Source: a virus
Lineage: Duplodnaviria > Heunggongvirae > Uroviricota > Caudoviricetes
DNA: 20,045 bases
Virus record (IMG/VR): IMGVR_UViG_2627854098_000006
Reading direction: 5' to 3' (one strand)
The translations under genes and the position numbers were made by a program. This document shows, piece after piece, positions 9,414 to 16,693 of this stretch. Numbering within the stretch: position 1 is the stretch's first letter; each line of letters starts with the position of its first letter. The notes under the pieces were generated by a model that was not told the DNA's origin, ran no database searches, and was given only the letters and a program-made list of their open reading frames with translations.

Positions 9414-9485
9414 GTAGCTCACCTCATGCGTATACGATAAAAAATAATTTCATGCGGAAAGGGAATGCGTTGTGGGTATGGAGGA

Positions 9486-9506
9486 AAGGGGCAATAACCG
9501 CCCCTT
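9486..9506 (-). terminator. Hairpin after the small-ORF operon (weak terminator candidate)
   Basis: AAGGGGC-loop-GCCCCTT, 7 nt downstream of the stop at 9513; weak U-tract. Confidence 0.3.
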
Positions 9507-9512
9507 ACTGAT

Positions 9513-9785
9513 TCAGTTGCGCCAGGATGGCTGGCTAAGCGTGGTTTTCATTACATCATTGACGACCTGTTTTACGATTTCTGTGTTGGCAGTCGTGCTT
9601 TCAACATCAACAAAGCCATAATCGCCAATTTCCACCGTCAGGGATTCAAGTTTCTTCCCTAGAGCATCAGGCAACTCTCCACTGAACCGGTGCTGAAGAT
9701 TTTCCACCAGCAACGCCCTGAATGCCTCGCTGTTCTCTTTTTTCTGCCATAGCTGGCGTTTATCCACTCTGATATTTAATTTCAC
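9513..9785 (-). CDS. Hypothetical protein (90 aa)
   Basis: GTG start at 9783-9785 with AGAGGTGA upstream; overlaps the stop of the preceding gene (GTGA). Confidence 0.5.
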   Translation of the reverse strand: MKLNIRVDKRQLWQKKENSEAFRALLVENLQHRFSGELPDALGKKLESLTVEIGDYGFVDVESTTANTEIVKQVVNDVMKTTLSQPSWRN

Positions 9786-9949
9786 AGTCTCACCTCTTTA
9801 AGTGCCTTATCCATCAGTTGCCGGGCGATAACATGAATCGACGGTGCCACACCAAGCACAGATTTCTGACGCTCTTCGTCCTGGATGCGTTGCAGGGCTT
9901 CGATCTGCCTCCGGGAAAGTAAAACTGGCTTTACTCCGTGACCTTTCAT
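9782..9949 (-). CDS. Small hypothetical protein (55 aa; MKGHGVKPVLLSRRQIEALQRIQDEERQK...)
   Basis: ATG at 9947-9949 with GGGAGA upstream; the longer ORF-track start (10018) has no RBS and a hydrophobic junk-like leader. Confidence 0.5.
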   Translation of the reverse strand: MKGHGVKPVLLSRRQIEALQRIQDEERQKSVLGVAPSIHVIARQLMDKALKEVRL

Positions 9950-10059
9950 GATTTTTCTCCCGAATAATAACAACCACAACAATTGCACAAAATGAAATGA
10001 TAGCAACAAATGTTGCAATTAATGAAACACAATAAGGCCGGGAAAAATCCCGGCCTCCG

Positions 10060-10347
10060 TCACTGACTGCAATTTTTCGATCCAGGGTATTTCCTGAATG
10101 CCTTACCATTGGGCTGATGTAATCCCATTCCGGCATGTGCCCGGCTGATGGTTTCGCGCATCTCCCCGAAATTATCCTGCCTTGCTGGTGGGCGTGCTGC
10201 CTTGTGGATACATTCCGCGCGACGTTTTGCCGCCTGTTCCCGTGCCTTGTCATCATTCGCCAGCATGATGACCTCAGCCCACCGCGCCGCCGCTCTCCGG
10301 TACAGACCACGCGCTTCCAGTGCTTCCGCTTTGCTGTCGTGAATCAT
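10060..10347 (-). CDS. PerC-family (Pch-like) transcriptional regulator
   Basis: 95 aa; N-terminal motif AEALEARGLYRRAAARWAEVI matches the conserved core of PerC/Pch activators; start overlaps the stop of the upstream ProQ/FinO gene (ATGA at 10344-10347). Confidence 0.65.
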   Translation of the reverse strand: MIHDSKAEALEARGLYRRAAARWAEVIMLANDDKAREQAAKRRAECIHKAARPPARQDNFGEMRETISRAHAGMGLHQPNGKAFRKYPGSKNCSQ

Positions 10348-10874
10348 GCGCCTGTTTTCTCCTTTGCTGCCCGGCGCTGACGTTTGCGCTTCTCATTCAG
10401 CGCCATCAGCCGCGTTTCTGCGTCCTGTTGTTCCTGTGATGTCACCTCGCCGCACGGCTGGCCTTTCAGGTCGTAACGCGCCCCACCAGCAACCAGGGCG
10501 CGGTAATAGCGCGGAGACTGCGCATAAGATGCCAGCGTCGCACGTAATGCCCCAGGCCCAAATGCCAGCCCCCTGACGGCGAGATCCTGCATCAGGTCGT
10601 CGAATATCCCCACCTTAAGCGGCTTCGGTGCTTCCCGGCTGAATAAGTCAGGCCACAACTCAGTGAGGCGGTTAACGCGCCTGCGGTTTTTGCGCTGGCG
10701 TTTGGTCATATGCCGCCACGGTGTCGCCCCTGTGGGCTTCTGCTGCGCGTTCTGATTACCGGGCATCACTTTATATGCCGATGTGGTTTTATCCTGCTGT
10801 TGCGTCTCCTGTACCATTTTTGTGGCATACCGTAATTTCTGTTGATGGTCAGCTTTTCCATGTGTACTTCTCAT
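10344..10874 (-). CDS. ProQ/FinO-domain RNA-binding protein
   Basis: Segment ...LWPDLFSREAPKPLKVGIFDDLMQDL...LRATLASYAQSPRYYRALVAGGARYDLKGQPCGEVTSQEQQDAETRL aligns by eye with the ProQ N-terminal/FinO domain (PLKIGIFQDL...LR.AL..YT.S.RYL...GA.R.DLDG.P.GEL); lysine/arginine-rich C-tail. Start codon uncertain (weak RBS). Confidence 0.7.
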   Translation of the reverse strand: MRSTHGKADHQQKLRYATKMVQETQQQDKTTSAYKVMPGNQNAQQKPTGATPWRHMTKRQRKNRRRVNRLTELWPDLFSREAPKPLKVGIFDDLMQDLAVRGLAFGPGALRATLASYAQSPRYYRALVAGGARYDLKGQPCGEVTSQEQQDAETRLMALNEKRKRQRRAAKEKTGA

Positions 10875-10953
10875 CGATATTATCCGTATTATCGTCGTTC
10901 CTTTTGATGGCTCATTTCTATAGAAATTTCTTTATTGCTTATTGCCCTGGTAA

Positions 10954-11280
10954 TTAACTGGCTATTAGTGCTTTAATACTCAGGTACGCAGAAAGAATAA
11001 CACCAATAAAAGAAGGGTACAGCAGAATCCCAAACAAAAACTTCATGTACTTATGTTTTCCTGTCACTTCGTTAATAACAGATATTATACTCAACATACA
11101 TAATGCAATACTTATAGTTGCAATAAATGCAATAGTAAGCAAGATGAAATATCTTACACCTGTTTGAGAAGATAAATTTGCAATTATACCTATCATAACG
11201 AGACTCTGTATAATCCCGAAAGACAAAGCACCAGAAGACTTTTCCACTATTTCACTAAATTTCTTCACAAAGCAAATCAT
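10954..11280 (-). CDS. Small membrane protein (108 aa, about 3 TM helices), AT-rich cargo
   Basis: ATG at 11278-11280 with AAAGGTGA upstream; hydrophobic helices (ALSFGIIQSLVMIGIIA, YFILLTIAFIATISIALCMLSIISVI, FLFGILLYPSFIGVILSAYL); local GC clearly lower than flanks. Confidence 0.55.
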   Translation of the reverse strand: MICFVKKFSEIVEKSSGALSFGIIQSLVMIGIIANLSSQTGVRYFILLTIAFIATISIALCMLSIISVINEVTGKHKYMKFLFGILLYPSFIGVILSAYLSIKALIAS

Positions 11281-11317
11281 ATATATCACCTTTATATAAC
11301 GCTATGCTAAGGTTTAT

Positions 11318-11575
11318 TTATACGATATCCCCAAATGGTATTCCATCACCGTACGGATCACTCTGCTGGCTTTTTTGCCGCCCGGCCGCACCGTTCGCGC
11401 ACTGATTACGCTGTCTGCGATAACCAGACCAGCCACGTTTCGCCGTTCCGTCATCTGCCTGGCTGCGCGGAAGGGGAACCGCCATACTCGCCATTGCCAT
11501 TGGTGTTCCCTTGCTGGTGGTTTTTGAGTGCAGATCAGCCACCTGCCGCCCGTAAGCGGATATTTGTACCGTCAT
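11318..11575 (-). CDS. Hypothetical protein (85 aa), weak call
   Basis: ATGA overlap with the upstream ORF; low-complexity composition. Confidence 0.3.
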   Translation of the reverse strand: MTVQISAYGRQVADLHSKTTSKGTPMAMASMAVPLPRSQADDGTAKRGWSGYRRQRNQCANGAAGRQKSQQSDPYGDGIPFGDIV

Positions 11576-11772
11576 GCTGTTTGCTCTCCGGTTTTAACGT
11601 TGATGATTGTCACCTGTTCAGCTTCGGCAATCTCCCGTTCTGTCAGCATGGCAAAGTTTGCCGCTGCCGTTGTCATGAATGCGCTTATCAGTTCGGGATG
11701 TACTTTCGCGTATCCTTCCCCGGCGTTGCGGTCGATGATTTTTATCGCCTCCCTCAGCCTGTGTTCTGTCAA
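11572..11772 (-). CDS. Hypothetical protein (66 aa), weak call
   Basis: Protein-like composition but TTG start and no clear RBS. Confidence 0.3.
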   Translation of the reverse strand: MTEHRLREAIKIIDRNAGEGYAKVHPELISAFMTTAAANFAMLTEREIAEAEQVTIINVKTGEQTA

Positions 11773-11867
11773 ATCAAGGGCGTGAGATTGTGTTTTTTGT
11801 GTGCTTCGTTGTCACAGCCTTTACCTCACAGCAATAAAATAAAATTTTTGCATTTTAACCCTTCACC

Positions 11868-12089
11868 TGTTCACCTTTTTCCTTTTCTCCTTTTAATTCA
11901 TTGTGTTAATGGGTGAACAGTTTCACAAAAACTATTCACCAACTGTTCACCACTGTTCACCCTTAAAGCTCAACAAATAATCAAAAAGGTGAACAGTGAA
12001 TAGTTTGATGAACAGTTCATGAATAACTGTTCACCCTATAACCAACTGATATAGAACACATTTATTACAGGGTGAACAGTGATGAACAG
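11868..12089. repeat. Iteron array: TGTTCACC / GGTGAACA octamers (P4 ori/crr type I iteron sequence)
   Basis: Perfect TGTTCACC at 11868, 11944, 11954, 12028; perfect GGTGAACA at 11912, 11988, 12071; variants at 11933, 12008, 12082. Lies immediately 3' of the primase gene. Confidence 0.8.
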
Positions 12090-12102
12090 TTATTCCATAA
12101 GT

Positions 12103-13917
12103 TTAATTTTTGCCATCGTCATTTGTGACCGATGCACATGAGGGCATCCAGTCTTCTGAATCCTCTGTCAGTATCACGTTTGAACGCAAGCCATGCTTCG
12201 TTTTCCGTTTCATATACTCCCTGCCGTATTCCGCCATTGCCCCTGGCATATCCTTACCGAAGCGTGTCAGTGTTACGGGCTTACCGAATCCGTGTGCCCT
12301 CATATACGCCAGATAGGCGTGATAGAGATACCTGCGCGGGCTGAACGGAATAATTTCAGCATTACCCACTAACAGGCCATCGCACATTACCGACGACATG
12401 AGATAGCCGCAGAAGTCCACCAGCGAATCGCCCTCGCGTTTTATCACTAGGGCTTCTTCTGATTTCTGCTGCTCATATAGCAGGCGTTTAGCTTCGTCCT
12501 GGTCAGAAAAGCGTGTAAGCAGGTGGCGAATCACTACCGCCAGCTCTCCTTCTATTTTTTCAGCCAGCATAGGGTCACGTTCGTTCTCCGGTACAACTTC
12601 CGAAAAATTGAATATTACCCGACGACGTGATATCCCACCGCTGCGGTCACTGAATGACATGGCGTTATTGTTCACCGCCAGCACGACCGCCTGAATGCGT
12701 GTTGAGTAGGGGGCTTTATGTTTCGGGTCGATTGCCACCTTATCACCGCCTGTAATGGCCTTAATTCCTGCACCATCACCAGCGTAACGGGTCATATCCG
12801 GCATAATAATCAGCGAAAAGCCAACCACTAACGCGCGTTCCCTGGCATCTTCCAGCGCCTTCATGCTTGCCGATACCGTGTTGGCCTTACCCGCCAGCAT
12901 AGTGCAAATCTCCGCCATTACGCTTTTACCGCTTCCACCCGGCCCCGTTACCTCAAGAAATAACTGCCAGTCGTACCGATTCGCCAGCACCATGAATAAC
13001 GCCGCCAGTACGCGATCCGCTTTGCGTTCATTCTCTGCCACCGAACGGCGCAACCATTTCCAGAAATTCGGCGCATGCGTTGCCAGCGTTTCCCCCTCTG
13101 CTGGCGGGTTGAACGGTAATTCACTGGCAATTAACAACCAGTCGTTTTTGTCGTGCTCCCGAAAATCGCCTGTCCGGGTATCAAAAACACCGTTACTGAA
13201 TCCAATCAGGTTACGGGCGGTATTCCCCATTACGGGCAAACTTAACTTCATGGTATCGACCGCCGATTTGATGGCGTTCTGCGAATAGCTGATTTCCGCA
13301 TCAATAAAAATCTGCGCCATAGCCCGCTGTAACTCTTTATCCTGTACCGGCTCCCATACAACACCGTTGTAGTGGTGAACGGTGTCAGAATCCGCATTGA
13401 TTGCCAGTTCACCGCCATAATGTGCCAGGAGAACTTCGCCGCGCTGGCTTGCTCCCATCTGGTTAAGTGCCAGTGGTGTCGCGCTGTCTTCTGTTTTTTT
13501 CTTTGCCGGAAACCGGATAATCAGTCCGTCATCAATGTTTTTACGCTCACGGGCAAGGTATTCACGCCAGTTTTCACACTTCTGGCTGTGCATGCCATCA
13601 GGGTAATAATTCGCATTCTGTATACTTGCCGCCGCCAGCTTCTGACCAATTGCCTTAACCATTACAGGATCTAACTGTCCGGCTCTGAATATGCGCGCGG
13701 ATGTGCGCCCATCAGGCACTATTTGCAGATTTCCGATCTCTTTCAGTTGTTCATCAGCCAGCACAACAGGTGGCTCATTATCTCCAGCCATACGCGCATC
13801 GTGCTCCTGCCATTGTTTCGCGTGTGCCCAGGCATCACTACCCGCGAAAATAATTACCTCTGTGTCTTTGTGTTTTATTCCGCGTGGCTGTTTTTTTACG
13901 TTCGGTGCCAGTTTCAT
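12103..13917 (-). CDS. Phage/plasmid primase-helicase, P4 alpha-type C-terminal NTPase domain
   Basis: 604 aa; Walker A VTGPGGSGKSV and a downstream hydrophobic-D Walker B candidate (LVVGFSLIIMPDM); last gene of a coupled operon (ATGA overlap at 13914-13917); iterons downstream. Confidence 0.75.
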   Translation of the reverse strand: MKLAPNVKKQPRGIKHKDTEVIIFAGSDAWAHAKQWQEHDARMAGDNEPPVVLADEQLKEIGNLQIVPDGRTSARIFRAGQLDPVMVKAIGQKLAAASIQNANYYPDGMHSQKCENWREYLARERKNIDDGLIIRFPAKKKTEDSATPLALNQMGASQRGEVLLAHYGGELAINADSDTVHHYNGVVWEPVQDKELQRAMAQIFIDAEISYSQNAIKSAVDTMKLSLPVMGNTARNLIGFSNGVFDTRTGDFREHDKNDWLLIASELPFNPPAEGETLATHAPNFWKWLRRSVAENERKADRVLAALFMVLANRYDWQLFLEVTGPGGSGKSVMAEICTMLAGKANTVSASMKALEDARERALVVGFSLIIMPDMTRYAGDGAGIKAITGGDKVAIDPKHKAPYSTRIQAVVLAVNNNAMSFSDRSGGISRRRVIFNFSEVVPENERDPMLAEKIEGELAVVIRHLLTRFSDQDEAKRLLYEQQKSEEALVIKREGDSLVDFCGYLMSSVMCDGLLVGNAEIIPFSPRRYLYHAYLAYMRAHGFGKPVTLTRFGKDMPGAMAEYGREYMKRKTKHGLRSNVILTEDSEDWMPSCASVTNDDGKN

Positions 13918-14156
13918 TTTTTCCCCCCTGCAACCAGCATTTCACGGATTTTGCGGATATAGCTTGCTGCACGTTTTTGATTTACGGCTTTATAATGGTC
14001 CACCAGCGTAAAATCACGGCGGTAGGTGATATTGCCTGGCGTAACGTGACGAATAACCACTCGTCCCCCACGTCTGGTGTCGCGGTAAATATCTCCGAGT
14101 CTGATTTCAGGCCGAGAGAGACCGCTGGCAGTAAAGCCAGAATTTTTCTTTTTCAT
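13914..14156 (-). CDS. Hypothetical protein (80 aa), early operon
   Basis: ATG with AGGAAA upstream; coupled to the primase gene. Confidence 0.5.
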   Translation of the reverse strand: MKKKNSGFTASGLSRPEIRLGDIYRDTRRGGRVVIRHVTPGNITYRRDFTLVDHYKAVNQKRAASYIRKIREMLVAGGKK

Positions 14157-14160
14157 GGTT

Positions 14161-14361
14161 TTATTTTCCTGTCAGCAGTTCCGGTTTTATTTCCGCACGA
14201 ATATAAAGTTCAGAAAAAAATTCAGGAGAACCAACAATCTCATTACTTTTCAGTCGGCATTGTGATTTCACTTTCCCTTTATCCAGGTAAACCAGTACGC
14301 GTCCGGTGAAATCATCTGGCACATTAAGCACTACGGGTACATGCGCTTCATGATTATGCAT
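14161..14361 (-). CDS. Hypothetical protein (66 aa) carrying one copy of an FTG-x-x-L-V...G motif domain
   Basis: ATG with GGAGGA upstream; 8-nt overlap with the upstream gene; N-terminus MHNHEAHVPVVLNVPDDFTGRVLVYLDKGKV parallels the N-terminus of the 14580-14945 protein. Confidence 0.55.
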   Translation of the reverse strand: MHNHEAHVPVVLNVPDDFTGRVLVYLDKGKVKSQCRLKSNEIVGSPEFFSELYIRAEIKPELLTGK

Positions 14362-14587
14362 GGCTTACATCCTCCGTGAATTTTCTTCTGTAACGCGTCT
14401 CTGCCACATATTCCGCATAGTCCGACGCAATACTAAGAATCATTTCACCCTCTGACTTGTAGCCACTGGTATTGATAAGAAAATATGCAGCTTTCATCAT
14501 GTCAGCAACGCTCAACAATGCGCCCGCTGCATCTTCCGGTGCGCCATCAAATTCCCGTTTCAGGGAATTAAAACGATCATCACGCAT
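14354..14587 (-). CDS. Hypothetical protein (77 aa), early operon
   Basis: ATG with AGGGGGGG upstream; 8-nt overlaps on both sides. Confidence 0.5.
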   Translation of the reverse strand: MRDDRFNSLKREFDGAPEDAAGALLSVADMMKAAYFLINTSGYKSEGEMILSIASDYAEYVAETRYRRKFTEDVSHA

Positions 14588-14945
14588 GTTTCCCCCCCTG
14601 AATGACCTGATAACCGCAACTGGTCAGCAACTCGATAAATTCCGGCAGTGTACCGAAACAGCAATCATCACGCAGCCGTTCGCAGGATACCTCGACGCCG
14701 TTTTCGTAGTGACTCACCATACGTCCGGTAAAATGCAGATCATCATCGTGATGGCTCGTTGACGGCTTAATCAGTCGCACACGTTCCGCCAGTTCCAGCA
14801 ATGCTTCAACGCTTCCGGCAATTGCACCATCCGGCAGGTGATAATTACGCACTATGCGCCCGTTCTCCACATTGACCAGCAACTGCCCGGTAAATTTCTC
14901 GTCAAACTGAATGCTGTTAAGGTCAGAAATTGACAGGTTATGCAT
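14580..14945 (-). CDS. Hypothetical protein (121 aa) with two tandem copies of the FTG-motif domain
   Basis: ATG at 14943-14945 preceded by AGGAGGTG (the ORF-track start at 14963 lacks an RBS); MHNLSISDLNSIQFDEKFTGQLLVNVENGRIV and DDDLHFTGRMVSHYENGVEV are internal repeats. Confidence 0.55.
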   Translation of the reverse strand: MHNLSISDLNSIQFDEKFTGQLLVNVENGRIVRNYHLPDGAIAGSVEALLELAERVRLIKPSTSHHDDDLHFTGRMVSHYENGVEVSCERLRDDCCFGTLPEFIELLTSCGYQVIQGGKHA

Positions 14946-15162
14946 GGTGCACCTCCTGCACATCAGCCATGATAATTTTTCCGGCCTTATCCAGTGCCTG
15001 ATCGGCTTTTAGCTGCACAAATGCTAAATAATGGAAGATGCATTCTGATTCTCTGGCTGCGTGTTTATGCGCCACACCAGCGATAGCAGAAATCTCAATA
15101 AGTGAATCCATCAGCGTTTTGATAGCGTCTACCGCTGCATCAGGCCATGTTGCATTACACAT
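14938..15162 (-). CDS. Hypothetical protein (74 aa), early operon
   Basis: ATG at 15160-15162 preceded by AGGAGGTG; 8-nt overlap with the upstream gene. Confidence 0.5.
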   Translation of the reverse strand: MCNATWPDAAVDAIKTLMDSLIEISAIAGVAHKHAARESECIFHYLAFVQLKADQALDKAGKIIMADVQEVHHA

Positions 15163-15520
15163 GCTCCACCTCCTGGCGAATACGGGCGGCGAATACCATC
15201 ACGCAGCCATCAGGAGATTGCTGGCGTGCTTCCTGTTCGCTGGTGGCCTCGATGTGAATTACACGCGGTTGTGCTGTGCTCAGGGCGATAAAACGCCATA
15301 TAAAATTGTTTTCGCATTTCTGAATAAACAGCGTGTTTTCTTCGCGCCCTTTCCATGTTGCCGAGATATAGCCCATGTCATTGAGCATCTCGCAGGCATC
15401 AACCAGCGTATCGGCGGCTATGTGTACAGTGTTTTTACCGTCAGCGATGCAATCACGGTGCACCGCCAGGAAGGTGTATATAAATTTAGGGTGAGTTTGG
15501 GTATGCTGTGTTCCAGCCAT
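15155..15520 (-). CDS. Hypothetical protein (121 aa), first gene of the early operon
   Basis: ATG at 15518-15520 preceded by GAGGT (7-nt spacer); corresponds to the C-terminal third of the 512-aa ORF-track entry, the rest of which I regard as read-through. Confidence 0.55.
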   Translation of the reverse strand: MAGTQHTQTHPKFIYTFLAVHRDCIADGKNTVHIAADTLVDACEMLNDMGYISATWKGREENTLFIQKCENNFIWRFIALSTAQPRVIHIEATSEQEARQQSPDGCVMVFAARIRQEVEHV

Positions 15521-15522
15521 AA

Positions 15523-15707
15523 TCGTTACCTCGTTTAACGGTTTGGTTAGACGCCCCGCTACTGCCGCAAACAGTTCGGGGCGTTGTCGTTTACATCCTC
15601 TTACCGAGGTGTGATTTAAATTAAATTTAACTGAATCACAGGTCAAGTATTTTTTGTGATTCTTTTTTGTGTATACTGAATCACATCTTTTGTTTAGGAG
15701 AATGCAC
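15523..15707. promoter_or_regulatory. Divergent control region: leader hairpin plus two palindromic operators TGTGATT-N17-AATCACA
   Basis: Operator O1 15609-15639, O2 15654-15684 (O2 overlaps a TATACT -10-like hexamer at 15671-15676); 8-bp GC-rich stem ACGCCCCG/CGGGGCGT at 15551-15584 in the 5' leader of the minus-strand operon. Confidence 0.6.
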
Positions 15708-16013
15708 ATGGCAAAAAACACTATCAACGACAAATCAAAACAGATTTCAATTCGTATCCCACATGATGCTTTTGAAGGCATGGAATCCGTAAAACTGGAC
15801 GGCGAAAGCAACGCCGGATTCATCGTAACCGCTATGCGCGGTGAGATCGCCCGCCGCCAGGCAGAAGGAAGAGGAGAAAATCCCTTGGTTTCTTCGCTCG
15901 ATGCACTGGCGCAGGTGGAAAAAATCGGAGTCAAAGCTGCCGAGGAGATCGGGCAACTCATCACCGTCGCGCGTGAAGAACTCCAGCGCCGCAAGGCCAA
16001 AGAACAGGAGTAA
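15708..16013 (+). CDS. Small regulatory-type protein (101 aa), divergent from the early operon; candidate repressor
   Basis: ATG at 15708 preceded by AGGAGA (6-nt spacer); N-terminus KQISIRIPHDAFEGMESVKLDGESNAGFIVTAMRGEIARRQ is compatible with a ribbon-helix-helix-like fold (inference only); charged coiled C-terminus. Confidence 0.55.
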   Translation: MAKNTINDKSKQISIRIPHDAFEGMESVKLDGESNAGFIVTAMRGEIARRQAEGRGENPLVSSLDALAQVEKIGVKAAEEIGQLITVAREELQRRKAKEQE

Positions 16014-16070
16014 CCATCACCAGCGCCGTGGTGTGAGGAACTACGGTGCATCGTTTTACAGGGCAGCGCC

Positions 16071-16271
16071 ATGACCAACAAAGAATCAACCAATACACCA
16101 TCACCGGCACGGAAAAGACAGCGCAGAAAGATAGCGTACGAGTATGAGTCAGACAGATTCGCGCCCTGTGCGTTTATCCTTGAGAAATTCCTTAAAGAGT
16201 ACAGGCGCACAAAAATGGGGTCGCATACCTGGAAAACATCGCGGCATGGCAATGTTAAAGAGCAGGAATAG
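16071..16271 (+). CDS. Hypothetical small basic protein (66 aa), weak call
   Basis: ATG start without a clear RBS; plausible composition. Confidence 0.3.
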   Translation: MTNKESTNTPSPARKRQRRKIAYEYESDRFAPCAFILEKFLKEYRRTKMGSHTWKTSRHGNVKEQE

Positions 16272-16299
16272 CCCACCAGCAAGCCAGCACACTGATCAC

Positions 16300-16693
16300 A
16301 TTGCCCACCAGCCGCAAATCTGGCATTGTTGGTGATGCGTTCAAGTGTGTAGCTTTCCCACTGGTGGCCCTCTGCGGTCGCCTTTGTTTTATCCAGAACG
16401 AAATCAGACATCAGATTGGTCAGCACCTGGCGACCTGACAAAATCGCATCAGTCGCGCCACCAGCAAAATTTTTTGCTCTCCGGACAGCGTGACCAACGG
16501 CATTTTGCAGCAAAATATTCTGCATTTCTGGTGTGCTGTAGTAACGGTGATCAGCGCCTTCACTCTGTGCGACCACAACGCTATAATCTGCCTCGTAGAC
16601 AGTAAGCAATATGGCGCAGTAGGCTATTCGTTCACAAAGGCGCTCCGGCAACGGGGCGCTTTCTCTTTTTGTAACGGTCAGAACGTTACACAT
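16300..16693 (-). CDS. Hypothetical protein; start well supported, 3' end unresolved (no in-frame stop until 15152)
   Basis: ATG at 16691-16693 preceded by GGAGGAAAA and overlapping the antirepressor stop by 8 nt; the translation looks protein-like for about 130 residues and then degrades. Possible frameshift or lost stop, so the lower coordinate is approximate. Confidence 0.3.

Noticed and set aside
9807-10310. 167-aa minus-strand ORF overlapping the PerC-like and 55-aa genes
   Set aside because: Alternative frame across two RBS-supported genes; Arg/Cys-rich junk-like sequence.
11335-11916. 193-aa plus-strand ORF across the iteron region
   Set aside because: Cys/Phe-rich composition, runs through the iteron array and antisense to small minus-strand ORFs.
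15551-15584. Leader hairpin as a rho-independent terminator
   Set aside because: No U-tract follows on the operon (minus) strand; retained as a leader structure within the regulatory-region feature rather than called a terminator.
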